In this document: one piece after another, positions 41,465-51,049 of the stretch | Layout of the letters: each line of letters opens with the position of its first letter | How positions within the stretch are numbered: the stretch's first letter is position 1 | Origin: Gemmatales bacterium | GTDB lineage: Bacteria > Planctomycetota > Planctomycetia > Gemmatales > HRBIN36 | Assembly (NCBI GenBank): GCA_025060195.1 | Contig: JANXCQ010000001.1 | Coordinates: 14,664 to 78,663, forward strand | DNA: 64,000 bases | Reading direction: 5' to 3' | The notes under the pieces: generated by a model | Told to the model about the DNA's origin: nothing | What the model saw: only the letters and a program-made list of their open reading frames with translations | Database searches by the model: none | Program-made: the position numbers and the translations under genes

Positions 41465-42196
41465 CTAGAATGTAGCGGTTACCAAACTCATGAGCCAGCG
41501 GTTCGCATCGTGGAGCATAACGGGGTGCAGACGATGCGTGGTGGGATAGAGGCGGAAATCCACGCGTAGGCCAGCCAAGTGTAACAATTGGGCTGCTTGT
41601 CGTGCCTGGGAAAGTGGAATGACGGCATTGGCAATGCCGTGGGCCACTAGAACGGGCAGCCGACGCGCCTCCGGCAGGTGGAATAAGGGCTTCGTTTTCG
41701 GTAAGGAGCTGTTCAATACCACTAAGCCCCCAAACCGCTCGGGAAACCGCAAGGCTATCCGATATGCCGCTTGGCCACCTTCGCAGAAACCTACGAGGAA
41801 AATCCGTTGGGGGTGAATCCGCAGCCGTTGGCTCGTTTCTGCGATCGCCGCGAACAAATATTCTTCAACCAAATGCTCTGTTTTGTGCCCGGATTCGTAC
41901 CACCCATACCCGTATTCACCAGCGCGACGGCCGCGAACCACATGGGGACCGCGCAAGGCAATCGCCACGTAATTGCGTCGCGAGAGTGCCGGCATCCACG
42001 GGATTAGCTGCCGCTCGCTTGCCCCCCGACCATGCAGAAACACCACCAGCGGATACGCATATTCGGGCTCGAAACCAGTGGGAAGAAAAGTCAAGATGGG
42101 CCAATGCCTGGGTGCGGATAATTCCGACAGGTAAAATCCACTTTCAGGGACCTCACTGAGCCGAAACGTCTTGCCGAAAAGTTGGTAGGTGTGCAT
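41465..42196 (-). CDS. Phospholipase/carboxylesterase-family alpha/beta hydrolase with Cys at the nucleophile position
   Basis: YPLVVFLHGRG, RIFLVGFCEGG, VLVAHG...VIP and a C-terminal His (TTHRL). Confidence 0.8.
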   Translation of the reverse strand: MHTYQLFGKTFRLSEVPESGFYLSELSAPRHWPILTFLPTGFEPEYAYPLVVFLHGRGASERQLIPWMPALSRRNYVAIALRGPHVVRGRRAGEYGYGWYESGHKTEHLVEEYLFAAIAETSQRLRIHPQRIFLVGFCEGGQAAYRIALRFPERFGGLVVLNSSLPKTKPLFHLPEARRLPVLVAHGIANAVIPLSQARQAAQLLHLAGLRVDFRLYPTTHRLHPVMLHDANRWLMSLVTATF

Positions 42197-42620
42197 GCCT
42201 GACCCCGCTCGCCGCAGCTTCCGCTGGGTAAGTGCGGCAGACTTAGTGGTGAATTTTTAGCCTGGCCTGATGACGACCGCCCGGAGCTCGTTTGCGATTC
42301 GCTGCAAGTTTACTTTTCCCCAGCCGAGGTGTCAACGCACCCCCAGGCTCGACTTGAGCAAAAATCGCCCAGAAAGTTCAGCATAATACGCATCCTGCCA
42401 GCCAAGATGTGGACACAAAATTTTTTAGTTATGAAAGACGCGTTAGTCGCGTAAGACGCATGCGAGTCTGACGGCAACAATTTGCGCCCCACGATGACTA
42501 AAGCCAACTTGCTCGCCGCCCAGGTTGGCCAAATTCACCCCCCTTTGGGACTGGAAACGATGCGCAGCTGCGTCCGAAAGGTCGTGCTCCTGCGGGAATT
42601 TTTTCATCGCGCTGAAGGCG

Positions 42621-44204
42621 TCATTCCCAACGGAGTGCTTCCGCGGCGAGATGGGGAAACAATGTGCGAAAGACCGCCAACGGACGCAGAGGTGTCACGT
42701 CATTCCAACTGTGATGGGAGATTTTTATATGCGTGGCTGGTAGCGAACCTCGGCCCAAGGTGGGATCTAATCCATACCAGCGACCCGCGATCCAAGCCTC
42801 AAGCCACATGTGCGGCACCAGTGCCTGCAATTGCTCCACATAGGCCAGACCCATTACTAATCGCGAAGGCACTCCCACGGCACGACACATGGCGGCTGCC
42901 AGCACCGCATGTTCCGTACAATCTCCTACCCGTGTTCGCGCTACCTCGTCAGCCGAGGCAAATGCTTCTGTGAACGTGCCTCGCTTCATGTTTGCGTGTA
43001 CCCAGCGTTCGATCCGCAGGGCTTTTTGCCACGGGTCTGTTTCAGCTCCAACGGCGCGGCGGGCTAGTTCCTGCACTAATTTGTCTTCCGAATTGACTAC
43101 CTGATTACTGCGGAGATATTCGGCCGGCGGTTCATAAGTGCCCGTGCCTTTCACGGGCGGCACGACGCTACCAAGCACTTCCAACTCAATCAGCTTTGCC
43201 TCACGACGTAACAGGCGCTGTCTCTCGTCTTGAGGAAACAGTCCCTCGGGAAACTCCCCCGAACGCATTTGGAGACGATAGACAATTTTCTGACAGTGTA
43301 CGGCATTGGGGATTCGTTCGGGTAAACGCACGATGTGCTGGAAACCGATGTCCACACTCGGCGCACCAGCGGGGGCCAGCGCGTGCTCCTTCGTGGTACG
43401 TACTAATGTCATTTTCCCCAGCCCAGGCCAGACAGTTTCTTGCCGCGCTAATTGCTTTTGTTCATCTAGCCACAGAACGACATCAGGCACCTCTAAGTTC
43501 GCCACCTTATCGAACCGTTGGCGCAGACGAAGCCATTTGCCACCGCGCGTATGGGGGCCGACTTCGTACTCCTCGGCTTTGACATAACTGCGCACAAACC
43601 GGTCCAGCTCTGGCACGAACTTGATGTAACTGCGTTCTTGTCCCGGCGACCAATCCTGCGCTGTAAAAAACCGCTCCTCCGTGTATAGACCTAAGGCTTC
43701 TGGCGTCCAGGGAATTCTCACTTCGCGAGGCGGTTGTTGCCCAAACTGCACCTGCATGACCAACTCCTGTCCTAGCACCGTGCCGCGGCGAACAATCCTC
43801 TGATCTCGCCCCACTTGCATGGCGATGGTAATACTTGCGACCTGGCCCGTCGGGGTCTCGTAATTGGCCACGCTCAACGACATGGTCAGTAACTGGCCGA
43901 AACGCTTTACCGTCAATTCGAGGCTGCTGGTCGCCCAGATGAACGCCTTGCCGCGGATGCTCACCTCCTGAAAGCGATGATGAACATACCCCGACTTGAC
44001 CCCTTCCAGGTACAGGGCGTCCCAAGACTCTTGAAGCACCTTGCCTAATTGCACCTCTGTCGGTTCGGCTGGCGTTTGTGCTCGCGCACCTTCGTCCACG
44101 CTGGTTACGAGCAACCCACTCCAGGCAGCACAGAGGATCGCCCAAAAGATGCATGCTTTCCCATGCCCCAAACGTTTGTGCCAGTGACACCGCATTGTCA
44201 TCAT
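42621..44204 (-). CDS. Secreted transglutaminase-like domain protein
   Basis: GDCTEHAVL.AAMCRAVGVPSR, HMWLE and W..LDPT give a Cys-His-Asp triad. GAGGAG RBS. Confidence 0.88.
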   Translation of the reverse strand: MMTMRCHWHKRLGHGKACIFWAILCAAWSGLLVTSVDEGARAQTPAEPTEVQLGKVLQESWDALYLEGVKSGYVHHRFQEVSIRGKAFIWATSSLELTVKRFGQLLTMSLSVANYETPTGQVASITIAMQVGRDQRIVRRGTVLGQELVMQVQFGQQPPREVRIPWTPEALGLYTEERFFTAQDWSPGQERSYIKFVPELDRFVRSYVKAEEYEVGPHTRGGKWLRLRQRFDKVANLEVPDVVLWLDEQKQLARQETVWPGLGKMTLVRTTKEHALAPAGAPSVDIGFQHIVRLPERIPNAVHCQKIVYRLQMRSGEFPEGLFPQDERQRLLRREAKLIELEVLGSVVPPVKGTGTYEPPAEYLRSNQVVNSEDKLVQELARRAVGAETDPWQKALRIERWVHANMKRGTFTEAFASADEVARTRVGDCTEHAVLAAAMCRAVGVPSRLVMGLAYVEQLQALVPHMWLEAWIAGRWYGLDPTLGRGSLPATHIKISHHSWNDVTPLRPLAVFRTLFPHLAAEALRWE

Positions 44205-44542
44205 GGTCATGTCTCCTCGATAAAACGACAAGAGGGAAGACTAGCCGTCTATAAGCGCGCACAGCGCCACTCATGTTATTATCATAGCCGATGCTTAGCT
44301 GCATCCCTGGAAGTGCCCAACCTGCAGTGCAACGCACACATCAAGCCTGGCCGAAACCCTGCGATTAACAGGCGAGGCAGGTATACTCGGCAGTGTCGTC
44401 CACTTAGGTCGCAGACGTAATTTTCTCGATTGTTTTCTTACCAAAGCGGGTACAGCAACAAATTGCTGCAGGCGATAGAATGTTACGGACACTCAGAGAT
44501 GCCTGCCCAGAGCGTTGCCTGAGCCCTCACTCGGAAACTCTT

Positions 44543-45178
44543 ATGAAGCGGCTGGTCAGCGCACCTTCTCGTCTGCTCGATCCGCAACTCCAGGCCCATC
44601 TACTACGCGACCAATATGGCACCTTTCGATTGACTCGCGCGATTCGGCCAGGATTAGATTTGGAGATTATCCCGCAGGCAGGTTACCGATTAGAGTTGCA
44701 GCAACGTCCTGCTCCTCGCTTAGCCGCCAGTATCTCCGCGGAAAGGCTCTTCGACGTTTTTCTCGATCTCTTGTCCCTGCTGGGTGAAACCGTGGATGTG
44801 CATGTGCAGAGTAGTCATGGTAATGGCCGGTGCCATTTTGTTCGCCGCGGCTTAGACCGACCCGTGCTCATGAGTTATTGTGTGGAATTTGAGGAATTAC
44901 TGCTCCATGATGGTTGTACAGGTATTGTCGTCATTGACCCCGCGCAAAATCAGGAAGTTCACTTTGATGAACACAAGGTTATTATCATCTACTCTTGGGG
45001 TTGGGAGCAATTCGCCCAGATTTTCGAACAATATGGAATTCTACGCTGCGACGACTTAAAACTGATTCTCGAAGCCGTACACTATCACTGCTCCCGCCCT
45101 GAATATGCCGAACGGTTGAAGCGTTTCATCCACTACCTAGGGGCAGAGGCTATTTCAGGAACCGTCGAGGATGTCTGA
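44543..45178 (+). CDS. Hypothetical protein
   Basis: 211-codon ORF filling a gap, with conserved-looking motifs LLHDGCTGI and EVHFDEHK. Start uncertain (44480 or 44543). Confidence 0.7.
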   Translation: MKRLVSAPSRLLDPQLQAHLLRDQYGTFRLTRAIRPGLDLEIIPQAGYRLELQQRPAPRLAASISAERLFDVFLDLLSLLGETVDVHVQSSHGNGRCHFVRRGLDRPVLMSYCVEFEELLLHDGCTGIVVIDPAQNQEVHFDEHKVIIIYSWGWEQFAQIFEQYGILRCDDLKLILEAVHYHCSRPEYAERLKRFIHYLGAEAISGTVEDV

Positions 45179-45237
45179 CCAGACGGCAAACTCACGAGTG
45201 ACCAGCCAATTTCAAGTTCGCTAATGACTAAGTTGAG

Positions 45238-46179
45238 CTAGGATTTGGGAAATAAGGTGTTGCTCGTCTCGCGAATACGTTTCATCAGTTCTTGGAAATG
45301 CTTCTGGAGCTGACGAAGGCGGGTGACTTGTTGCTCGAAATCGTCCACTAGTTTGTCCAATCCCATTCCCCCGGGAGATGGCGCTAGCAAACGTCCTGCC
45401 AACTCCTTTAAACTGGGTTGCAATACCTTTTCGACGTGCGTGCAATAATCCTTACACAACGTTTCCACCTCAAGGACTGCTTGATGGAGACGAACTAAGG
45501 TTGGGCCATCTCGTTGCGGATCGAGGAGTCGTTGCCAAGCTTCGTCCTGCTCCGCACTGCCGGCGGTCGGATGGGCAGTATCCGTGCCTACTAAGACGCG
45601 TGTTTCTTCTTGTAAGGCTCTTTCAGCTGCCTCTAGGCCTGCCCGGGCCTTCTCCATGTCGGGCTTGATCTCCAGGGCCAGCTTATAATGATGCGCCGCC
45701 TGGGCATAACGATGCAACTCCATTAATAGATTGGCGAGGTTGTAATGGGCGTCATAAAAGTCGGGTTTTAGGTGCGTAGCTTCTAAGTAAGCTTGGACGG
45801 CCTTCTCGAACTGCCCCAATTTGCGATAAACAATTCCCAAGTTGTAGTGAGACTCCGCCCGTTTCGGATCCAGCTGGATGCCCCGTAAAATCGCCTGTAC
45901 TGCATCCTCATAACGGCCCATGCGATTGTAAACCGCCCCCAAGTTGACGTAGGCCGAAGCACGCATCGGGTCCAGGCGTATTACCTCCTTGAAGTGGTAC
46001 GCTGCTCCTTCTAAATCACCAAGTAAAAAGTTGGTGGCCGCCAAGCCATAATGACAGTCTGAAGATTCTGGGTCCAGAGCCAACGCTTGCAAATAAAAGG
46101 ATTTGGCTTGGCGTGCATCTCCTTGTGCTAACGCCTGCCGCGCTTGCTGCATTAGTGTTTGTGGTGTTTCCGCACTCAT
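45238..46179 (-). CDS. Tetratricopeptide repeat protein with C-terminal coiled coil
   Basis: About five TPRs (AYVNLGAVY, SHYNLGIVY, AHYNLANL). GAGGGG RBS. Confidence 0.88.
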   Translation of the reverse strand: MSAETPQTLMQQARQALAQGDARQAKSFYLQALALDPESSDCHYGLAATNFLLGDLEGAAYHFKEVIRLDPMRASAYVNLGAVYNRMGRYEDAVQAILRGIQLDPKRAESHYNLGIVYRKLGQFEKAVQAYLEATHLKPDFYDAHYNLANLLMELHRYAQAAHHYKLALEIKPDMEKARAGLEAAERALQEETRVLVGTDTAHPTAGSAEQDEAWQRLLDPQRDGPTLVRLHQAVLEVETLCKDYCTHVEKVLQPSLKELAGRLLAPSPGGMGLDKLVDDFEQQVTRLRQLQKHFQELMKRIRETSNTLFPKS

Positions 46180-46528
46180 GGACCGACCCCCTCGTTGGGT
46201 GGCGCAACCGCGCTAAGGCTACTTGGCATTCTCAACTTTAGCCCACAGTCCGCCTGCTTGCCCCTCCGCCTCGGTTCAGGCTCCTGCTTTCTCACTCCTA
46301 CTACCGCCCGGTACGCCCCATTCTTATGTTAGACGATTTCCTTCATCCAAACAACACCATCCGTTCACAACAAAGTCGATTCTTGTAACCGCTCAGTCCA
46401 CAAAATTCATGGTCTTGAAGATATCGTTGGCAAATGCTCCAGGATTTGCCTATGCTATTGCTTGCCGCGGCCAACACTCGCGATGATCTTCCTTGCTTCC
46501 TGGAATGTGCCGATTCGGAGGGCAACAT

Positions 46529-47380
46529 ATGTATGCCGTCGAGCCTTTTGCCATCGGCGTCTGCAGTTGGTCATTACAGGTGCGCAACATTCCCGAACTG
46601 AAATCGTTTCTCCAGCAACTGGGCATAGATGTGGTACAAATCGCTTGTGGCGATCCGCATCATGCCAGCTGGGACGAAGGCGATGCCATGCCCCAGGCAG
46701 CCAAGGCAGCGGGATTTCGCATGGTCGGCGCTATGCTCGGCTTCCCCGGCGAAGATTACACGACCCCACAAACCATCCGCGAGACGGGCGGCTTTGGTCC
46801 GAAACATCTCCGCGCTGAACGTCTGCAACGCCTTGAGTGGGCCTTACAACGCACCCGCGACCTGGGACTCACCGATCTCATGTTCCATGCTGGTTTCATC
46901 CCCGAACCGGGCGACCCCGAACGGAAAGACTTCCTCAACACCTTGGGCCAAGCTGCCGATCTGGCCGCGCGCTATGGCGTCACTATCGCCTTAGAAACGG
47001 GACAGGAAACCGCGTCGCTGTTGCGACTGACCCTCGACGAACTGCGGTGCCCCAACGTCAAAGTAAACTTTGACCCTGCTAATATGCTCCTTTACGACAT
47101 GGGCGACCCGATTGAAGCAGTCCGAATTCTCGGCCCCGATATCCGCACCGTTCACGCTAAAGACGCTTTTCGACCAAAAGTCAAAGGCACCTGGGGCGAA
47201 GAAGTTCCCCTGGGACAGGGCGCTGTCAACATCCGCCTTTGGGTGCGCACCCTCTACGACGTCGGTTACCGAGGTCCGCTCCTCATCGAACGCGAGGTCG
47301 GCACCCAACAAGAACGGCTCCGAGACATCGCTCAGGGTATTCAGGTGCTTCGCGAATGCGTCGCCGCTTTACCGCTCTAA
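46529..47380 (+). CDS. Sugar-phosphate isomerase/epimerase (xylose isomerase-like TIM barrel)
   Basis: ALETGQE, VNFDPANM, VHAKD, PLGQGAV and LIERE. GGAGG RBS. Confidence 0.88.
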   Translation: MYAVEPFAIGVCSWSLQVRNIPELKSFLQQLGIDVVQIACGDPHHASWDEGDAMPQAAKAAGFRMVGAMLGFPGEDYTTPQTIRETGGFGPKHLRAERLQRLEWALQRTRDLGLTDLMFHAGFIPEPGDPERKDFLNTLGQAADLAARYGVTIALETGQETASLLRLTLDELRCPNVKVNFDPANMLLYDMGDPIEAVRILGPDIRTVHAKDAFRPKVKGTWGEEVPLGQGAVNIRLWVRTLYDVGYRGPLLIEREVGTQQERLRDIAQGIQVLRECVAALPL

Positions 47381-48009
47381 GCCACCTGATTCCTCTACGC
47401 ACTTGGCTCAGTGGGACTTACCTTTGCAAATTACCATGGTGCTATCTCAACCAATAAGCATGTCCTCAGTTTTGCCAGGAAGTAGCACTTAGAGAAAAGT
47501 CCTTTCTCTGTGTCCATCTGGGTAATCTGCAGTGGGACTATCCTCAGGCTACTTGTGAACGCTCCCTGGGTTCATATTTAGCTTGGCAAAAACCATTCCG
47601 ATTTTACCCATATTATCATGCTCTTTACCAAGATGGAGGCGGCCAAGAGCCTTAGGATGCGCCAAGTTGAGTGCCTTGAGGAGAGTTACCCGCAGGGTGG
47701 ATTTTGTCAGTCGCCTTCGTGTTGTTGGCTCGCGTTTTACAACGCAATAAGCCGCAATTCATGATTCAATCGATCCGTTAGACCACTGCGGTACTGTCCG
47801 ACACCGCTCGTGCCAAAGCCTTCATCCCCCTCGCTTTCTCTGGATAATAAAACCCAAAGCGAAGCTAACGTTTATCCTTATGGTACGCCCACAAAAGAAT
47901 GCGATCTGGCACCTTTTTCAGCCCCAACGGCGGTCATTCGCGTGGATTTTGTTTTCTATGCTTGAGTCCTAAGGAGCTAGCGCGGCCCAGGAGCGTCCAT
48001 TTTGACGAG

Positions 48010-50646
48010 TTAAGACGAATGTGAAGCAGCTAGGCTCTGCAGTTGGTGCGCGAGTGGGGGAGGGAGTTCGCGGGTGCCGCGACATTTGGGATAGCGGGAA
48101 CAGCCGAGGAAGTACTGGCCGTTACGGCCTGGGCGAAGTTTCATGGGTTCATTACAAACGGGACAGCGCTCCTCGATAGGAATATCGGGTACGGATGGCT
48201 TGGAGCGTTTGGGGAAGAGGGTCTCCGCGAGCTCCTTGAGGTGTTCAGGCAACGGCTGAGCATGACGACATTTCGGATAAGCCGAGCAACCGAGAAACGG
48301 GCCGCGTGGCCCGCGCCGAATCACCATGCGACTGCCACACTTTTCGCAGTCCACGCCGGTATCAGGCGTCTCGATGGGTCGTCCTTGTTCGTCAGCTGCC
48401 TTAGCGTTACGGCACTTTGGCCAGGCGGAACAAGAGAGGAACTTGCCGCGTTTACCAAGCCGCAGCACCATGGGTGCACCGCATTGTTCGCAAGTACAGG
48501 CGGTCTTCTGCGTGGTAATGATAGGCTGGCCCTGGGCGTCGAAAGCCATGGTAACCGGACAATCGGGGTAACCGGAACACGATAGGAAGTCCCCCCGTCG
48601 GCCGGTTTTACGCACCATGGGTTTGCCACATTCGGGGCAGGTGATTTCGCGGGCGGATTCCAATTCGGAGTCTTCGTGGTTACCCTTCATATACCGGCAT
48701 TCAGGATACCTGGAACAGCCGAGAAACTCGCCCGCTTTACTGTAGCGAGTAACTAAGGGCGCACCACAGAGCGGACAATTTTCCTGGGCCTCTTGCCCTT
48801 TGATCTTAGGCATCTTGGCCTCGGCCACCTTGAGGGCTTGGGAGAAAGGTTCGTAGAACTCGTCGAGCACAGCACGCCAGTCGGCGCGGCCATTCTCGAT
48901 TTCGTCCAGCTCCTCTTCCATGTGGCTAGTAAACTTGACGTCCATGATTTTCGGGAAGTGCTCGACGAGCAGGTCGGTTACGAGCATACCGAGAGGTGTG
49001 GCATAGAATCGGCGATTCTTTTGTTCCACGTAGCCGCGCTGTTGGATTTTGCTAATGATGCTGGCGTAGGTGCTGGGCCGACCGATGCCTTCCTTTTCGA
49101 GCGTCTTGACCAAAGAGGCTTCCGTAAAGCGTGGTGGCGGTTGTGTGAAATGCTGCGACGCGAGGAGTTCTACGCAATCGAGTGGTTGGGACGGCGTCAG
49201 AGCCGGCAGCAGAGCATCTTCCTGTTTGCCAACGGGCTGATACACGCGCCGATAACCATCGAACCGCAGAACCCGTCCTTGGGCCTTCAGAAGACCTTGT
49301 GGGGTCCCGGTGGTTGGATCCAATGCTTCTATGGTGACCGTAGTAATGTCAAAGATCGCAGGCTTCATCTGGCTGGCGACAAAGCGCCAGTAGATGAGTG
49401 AGTACAGCTTGAGCTGGTCGGGGGTCAGCCATGGAGCGACTTTGTCGGGACTGTAGGAAAGGTCTGTGGGGCGGATCGCTTCGTGACCCTCCTGAGCGGA
49501 TTTAGCGGATTGATAGACGTTGGGTTTATCAGGCAAATAATTTTCGCCAAACTGGTCGCGGATAAAGTTGCGGACCGCGACTAAGGCTTCTTCGGAGATG
49601 CGCACACTGTCTGTACGCATATAAGTGATGAGAGCGACCGGACCTTCCGGGCCAAGCTCGACGCCTTCGTAAAGCTGTTGGGCCAACCGCATGGTTTTCT
49701 CGCTCGAGAAGCGAAAGCGGATGTTGGCTTGTTGTTGTAATGTACTAGTGATAAACGGCGGTGGCGGGGCATCGGCTCGTTCCCGTTGTTCCACCCGGGC
49801 GACGCGATAACGAGCCTGCTGTAGCAAGGTCGCCAGTCGTAGAGCCTCGGCTTCGTTCGGTATCTGCGGCTTGGTTTGTTGCCATTCGATCAGTTCGGCG
49901 AGAAAGGTACCTTCCGGGGCTTCGCCACGCTCAGTAGGAGTGGCTTCGGCTTCCGTGTCCTCGACTTCGTTTTCCTCGTCGGACTTGGCTTTCCGCACTC
50001 GAAGGGCGGGCTGCACTGGGTAGGCGCCGTCCGCCAAGGGACGCAAGGCGGCGAGGATTTTCCAGTACTCTTCGGGACGGAAGGCTTGGATCTCACGTTC
50101 ACGTTCAACGATAAGCCGCACGGCGACCGATTGGACACGGCCCGCGGTCAACCCGCTCCGGACTTTTCTTCGCAATAACGGACTCAATTGGTAACCGACC
50201 ACGCGATCGAGGAAGCGTCGGGTTTCCTGGGCGCGGACGAGGTCCATATTGATTTGTCGCGGTTGAGCGAAGGCCTGTAAGACAGCCTTTTTCGTGATTT
50301 CATTGAAAGCCACCCGTCGGACTCGGTCATCGGGCAGATTCAAGGCTTCTTTGAGGTGCCAGGCAATGGCTTCACCTTCGCGGTCGGGGTCAGGCGCCAG
50401 GAACACAAGTTGCGCCTGGTCGGCCTTCTTTTTCAGTTCGGCCAGAACCTCTTTACGTTCAGGGAGGTTTTGGTAGGTGGGTTTCCAGCCTGCCGCGATG
50501 TCTATGCCGAAACGCAATCGGGGCAGGTCGCGGACATGGCCTTTACTGGCCGCGACCTCATACTCGGGGCCCAAGTACTTACTGAGGGTCTTCGCTTTAG
50601 CCGGCGATTCGACGATTACCAAGTGTTTCTTCTTTCTCGAACCCAC
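48010..50646 (-). CDS. topA: DNA topoisomerase I (type IA) with five C-terminal zinc ribbons
   Basis: LVIVESPAK, DPDREGE, AGRVQS, active-site ITYMRTD and GIGRPSTY, plus five C4 zinc ribbons. AAGGAGGT RBS. Confidence 0.97.
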   Translation of the reverse strand: MGSRKKKHLVIVESPAKAKTLSKYLGPEYEVAASKGHVRDLPRLRFGIDIAAGWKPTYQNLPERKEVLAELKKKADQAQLVFLAPDPDREGEAIAWHLKEALNLPDDRVRRVAFNEITKKAVLQAFAQPRQINMDLVRAQETRRFLDRVVGYQLSPLLRRKVRSGLTAGRVQSVAVRLIVEREREIQAFRPEEYWKILAALRPLADGAYPVQPALRVRKAKSDEENEVEDTEAEATPTERGEAPEGTFLAELIEWQQTKPQIPNEAEALRLATLLQQARYRVARVEQRERADAPPPPFITSTLQQQANIRFRFSSEKTMRLAQQLYEGVELGPEGPVALITYMRTDSVRISEEALVAVRNFIRDQFGENYLPDKPNVYQSAKSAQEGHEAIRPTDLSYSPDKVAPWLTPDQLKLYSLIYWRFVASQMKPAIFDITTVTIEALDPTTGTPQGLLKAQGRVLRFDGYRRVYQPVGKQEDALLPALTPSQPLDCVELLASQHFTQPPPRFTEASLVKTLEKEGIGRPSTYASIISKIQQRGYVEQKNRRFYATPLGMLVTDLLVEHFPKIMDVKFTSHMEEELDEIENGRADWRAVLDEFYEPFSQALKVAEAKMPKIKGQEAQENCPLCGAPLVTRYSKAGEFLGCSRYPECRYMKGNHEDSELESAREITCPECGKPMVRKTGRRGDFLSCSGYPDCPVTMAFDAQGQPIITTQKTACTCEQCGAPMVLRLGKRGKFLSCSAWPKCRNAKAADEQGRPIETPDTGVDCEKCGSRMVIRRGPRGPFLGCSAYPKCRHAQPLPEHLKELAETLFPKRSKPSVPDIPIEERCPVCNEPMKLRPGRNGQYFLGCSRYPKCRGTRELPPPLAHQLQSLAASHSS

Positions 50647-51049
50647 AGGAACGACCTCCTTGCGGTCAGCTTACTCCCTAGCCATGCAGCTGAGCAGAAG
50701 CCAGGCCAGCATCAGTTTTGGTAAGATAGCTAAGCTTGTCAAGGGGTGATACTCCAATCGGTCCATCTGGATAGACGGCGTTTAACTCACTATAGCGCGG
50801 AGAGCGATTTTAGGGCCAATGCTTATGTGCCATTCCTCGACCACTGCGAGTTGGCGTGGCGTTTGGATAAGCTTGTCTCATGGCTTTTTATCAGCTCTGC
50901 CGCGCTTTCCAGCATCGTAATGATACGTTCTGGTCGGGGACTAGGCACCTAAATCGGTCCTAGTCGGGTTGCTGCTGGGGTGAGCAACGCTTACGATGAT
51001 AGGCGGCTTGGGACAACCTAATTTGTCGAAGTCTCTGCGAGGGATAAGC

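Noticed and set aside
43507..44337. 276-aa alternative-frame ORF, and other shadow ORFs such as 7125-7811 and 16945-17544
   Set aside because: They overlap well-supported genes, lack recognisable motifs, and are expected in GC-rich DNA.
47381..48009. 630-nt convergent gap with CAGTGGGACT occurring twice
   Set aside because: Only a 10-bp match about 120 nt apart, with no further structure or ORF support.
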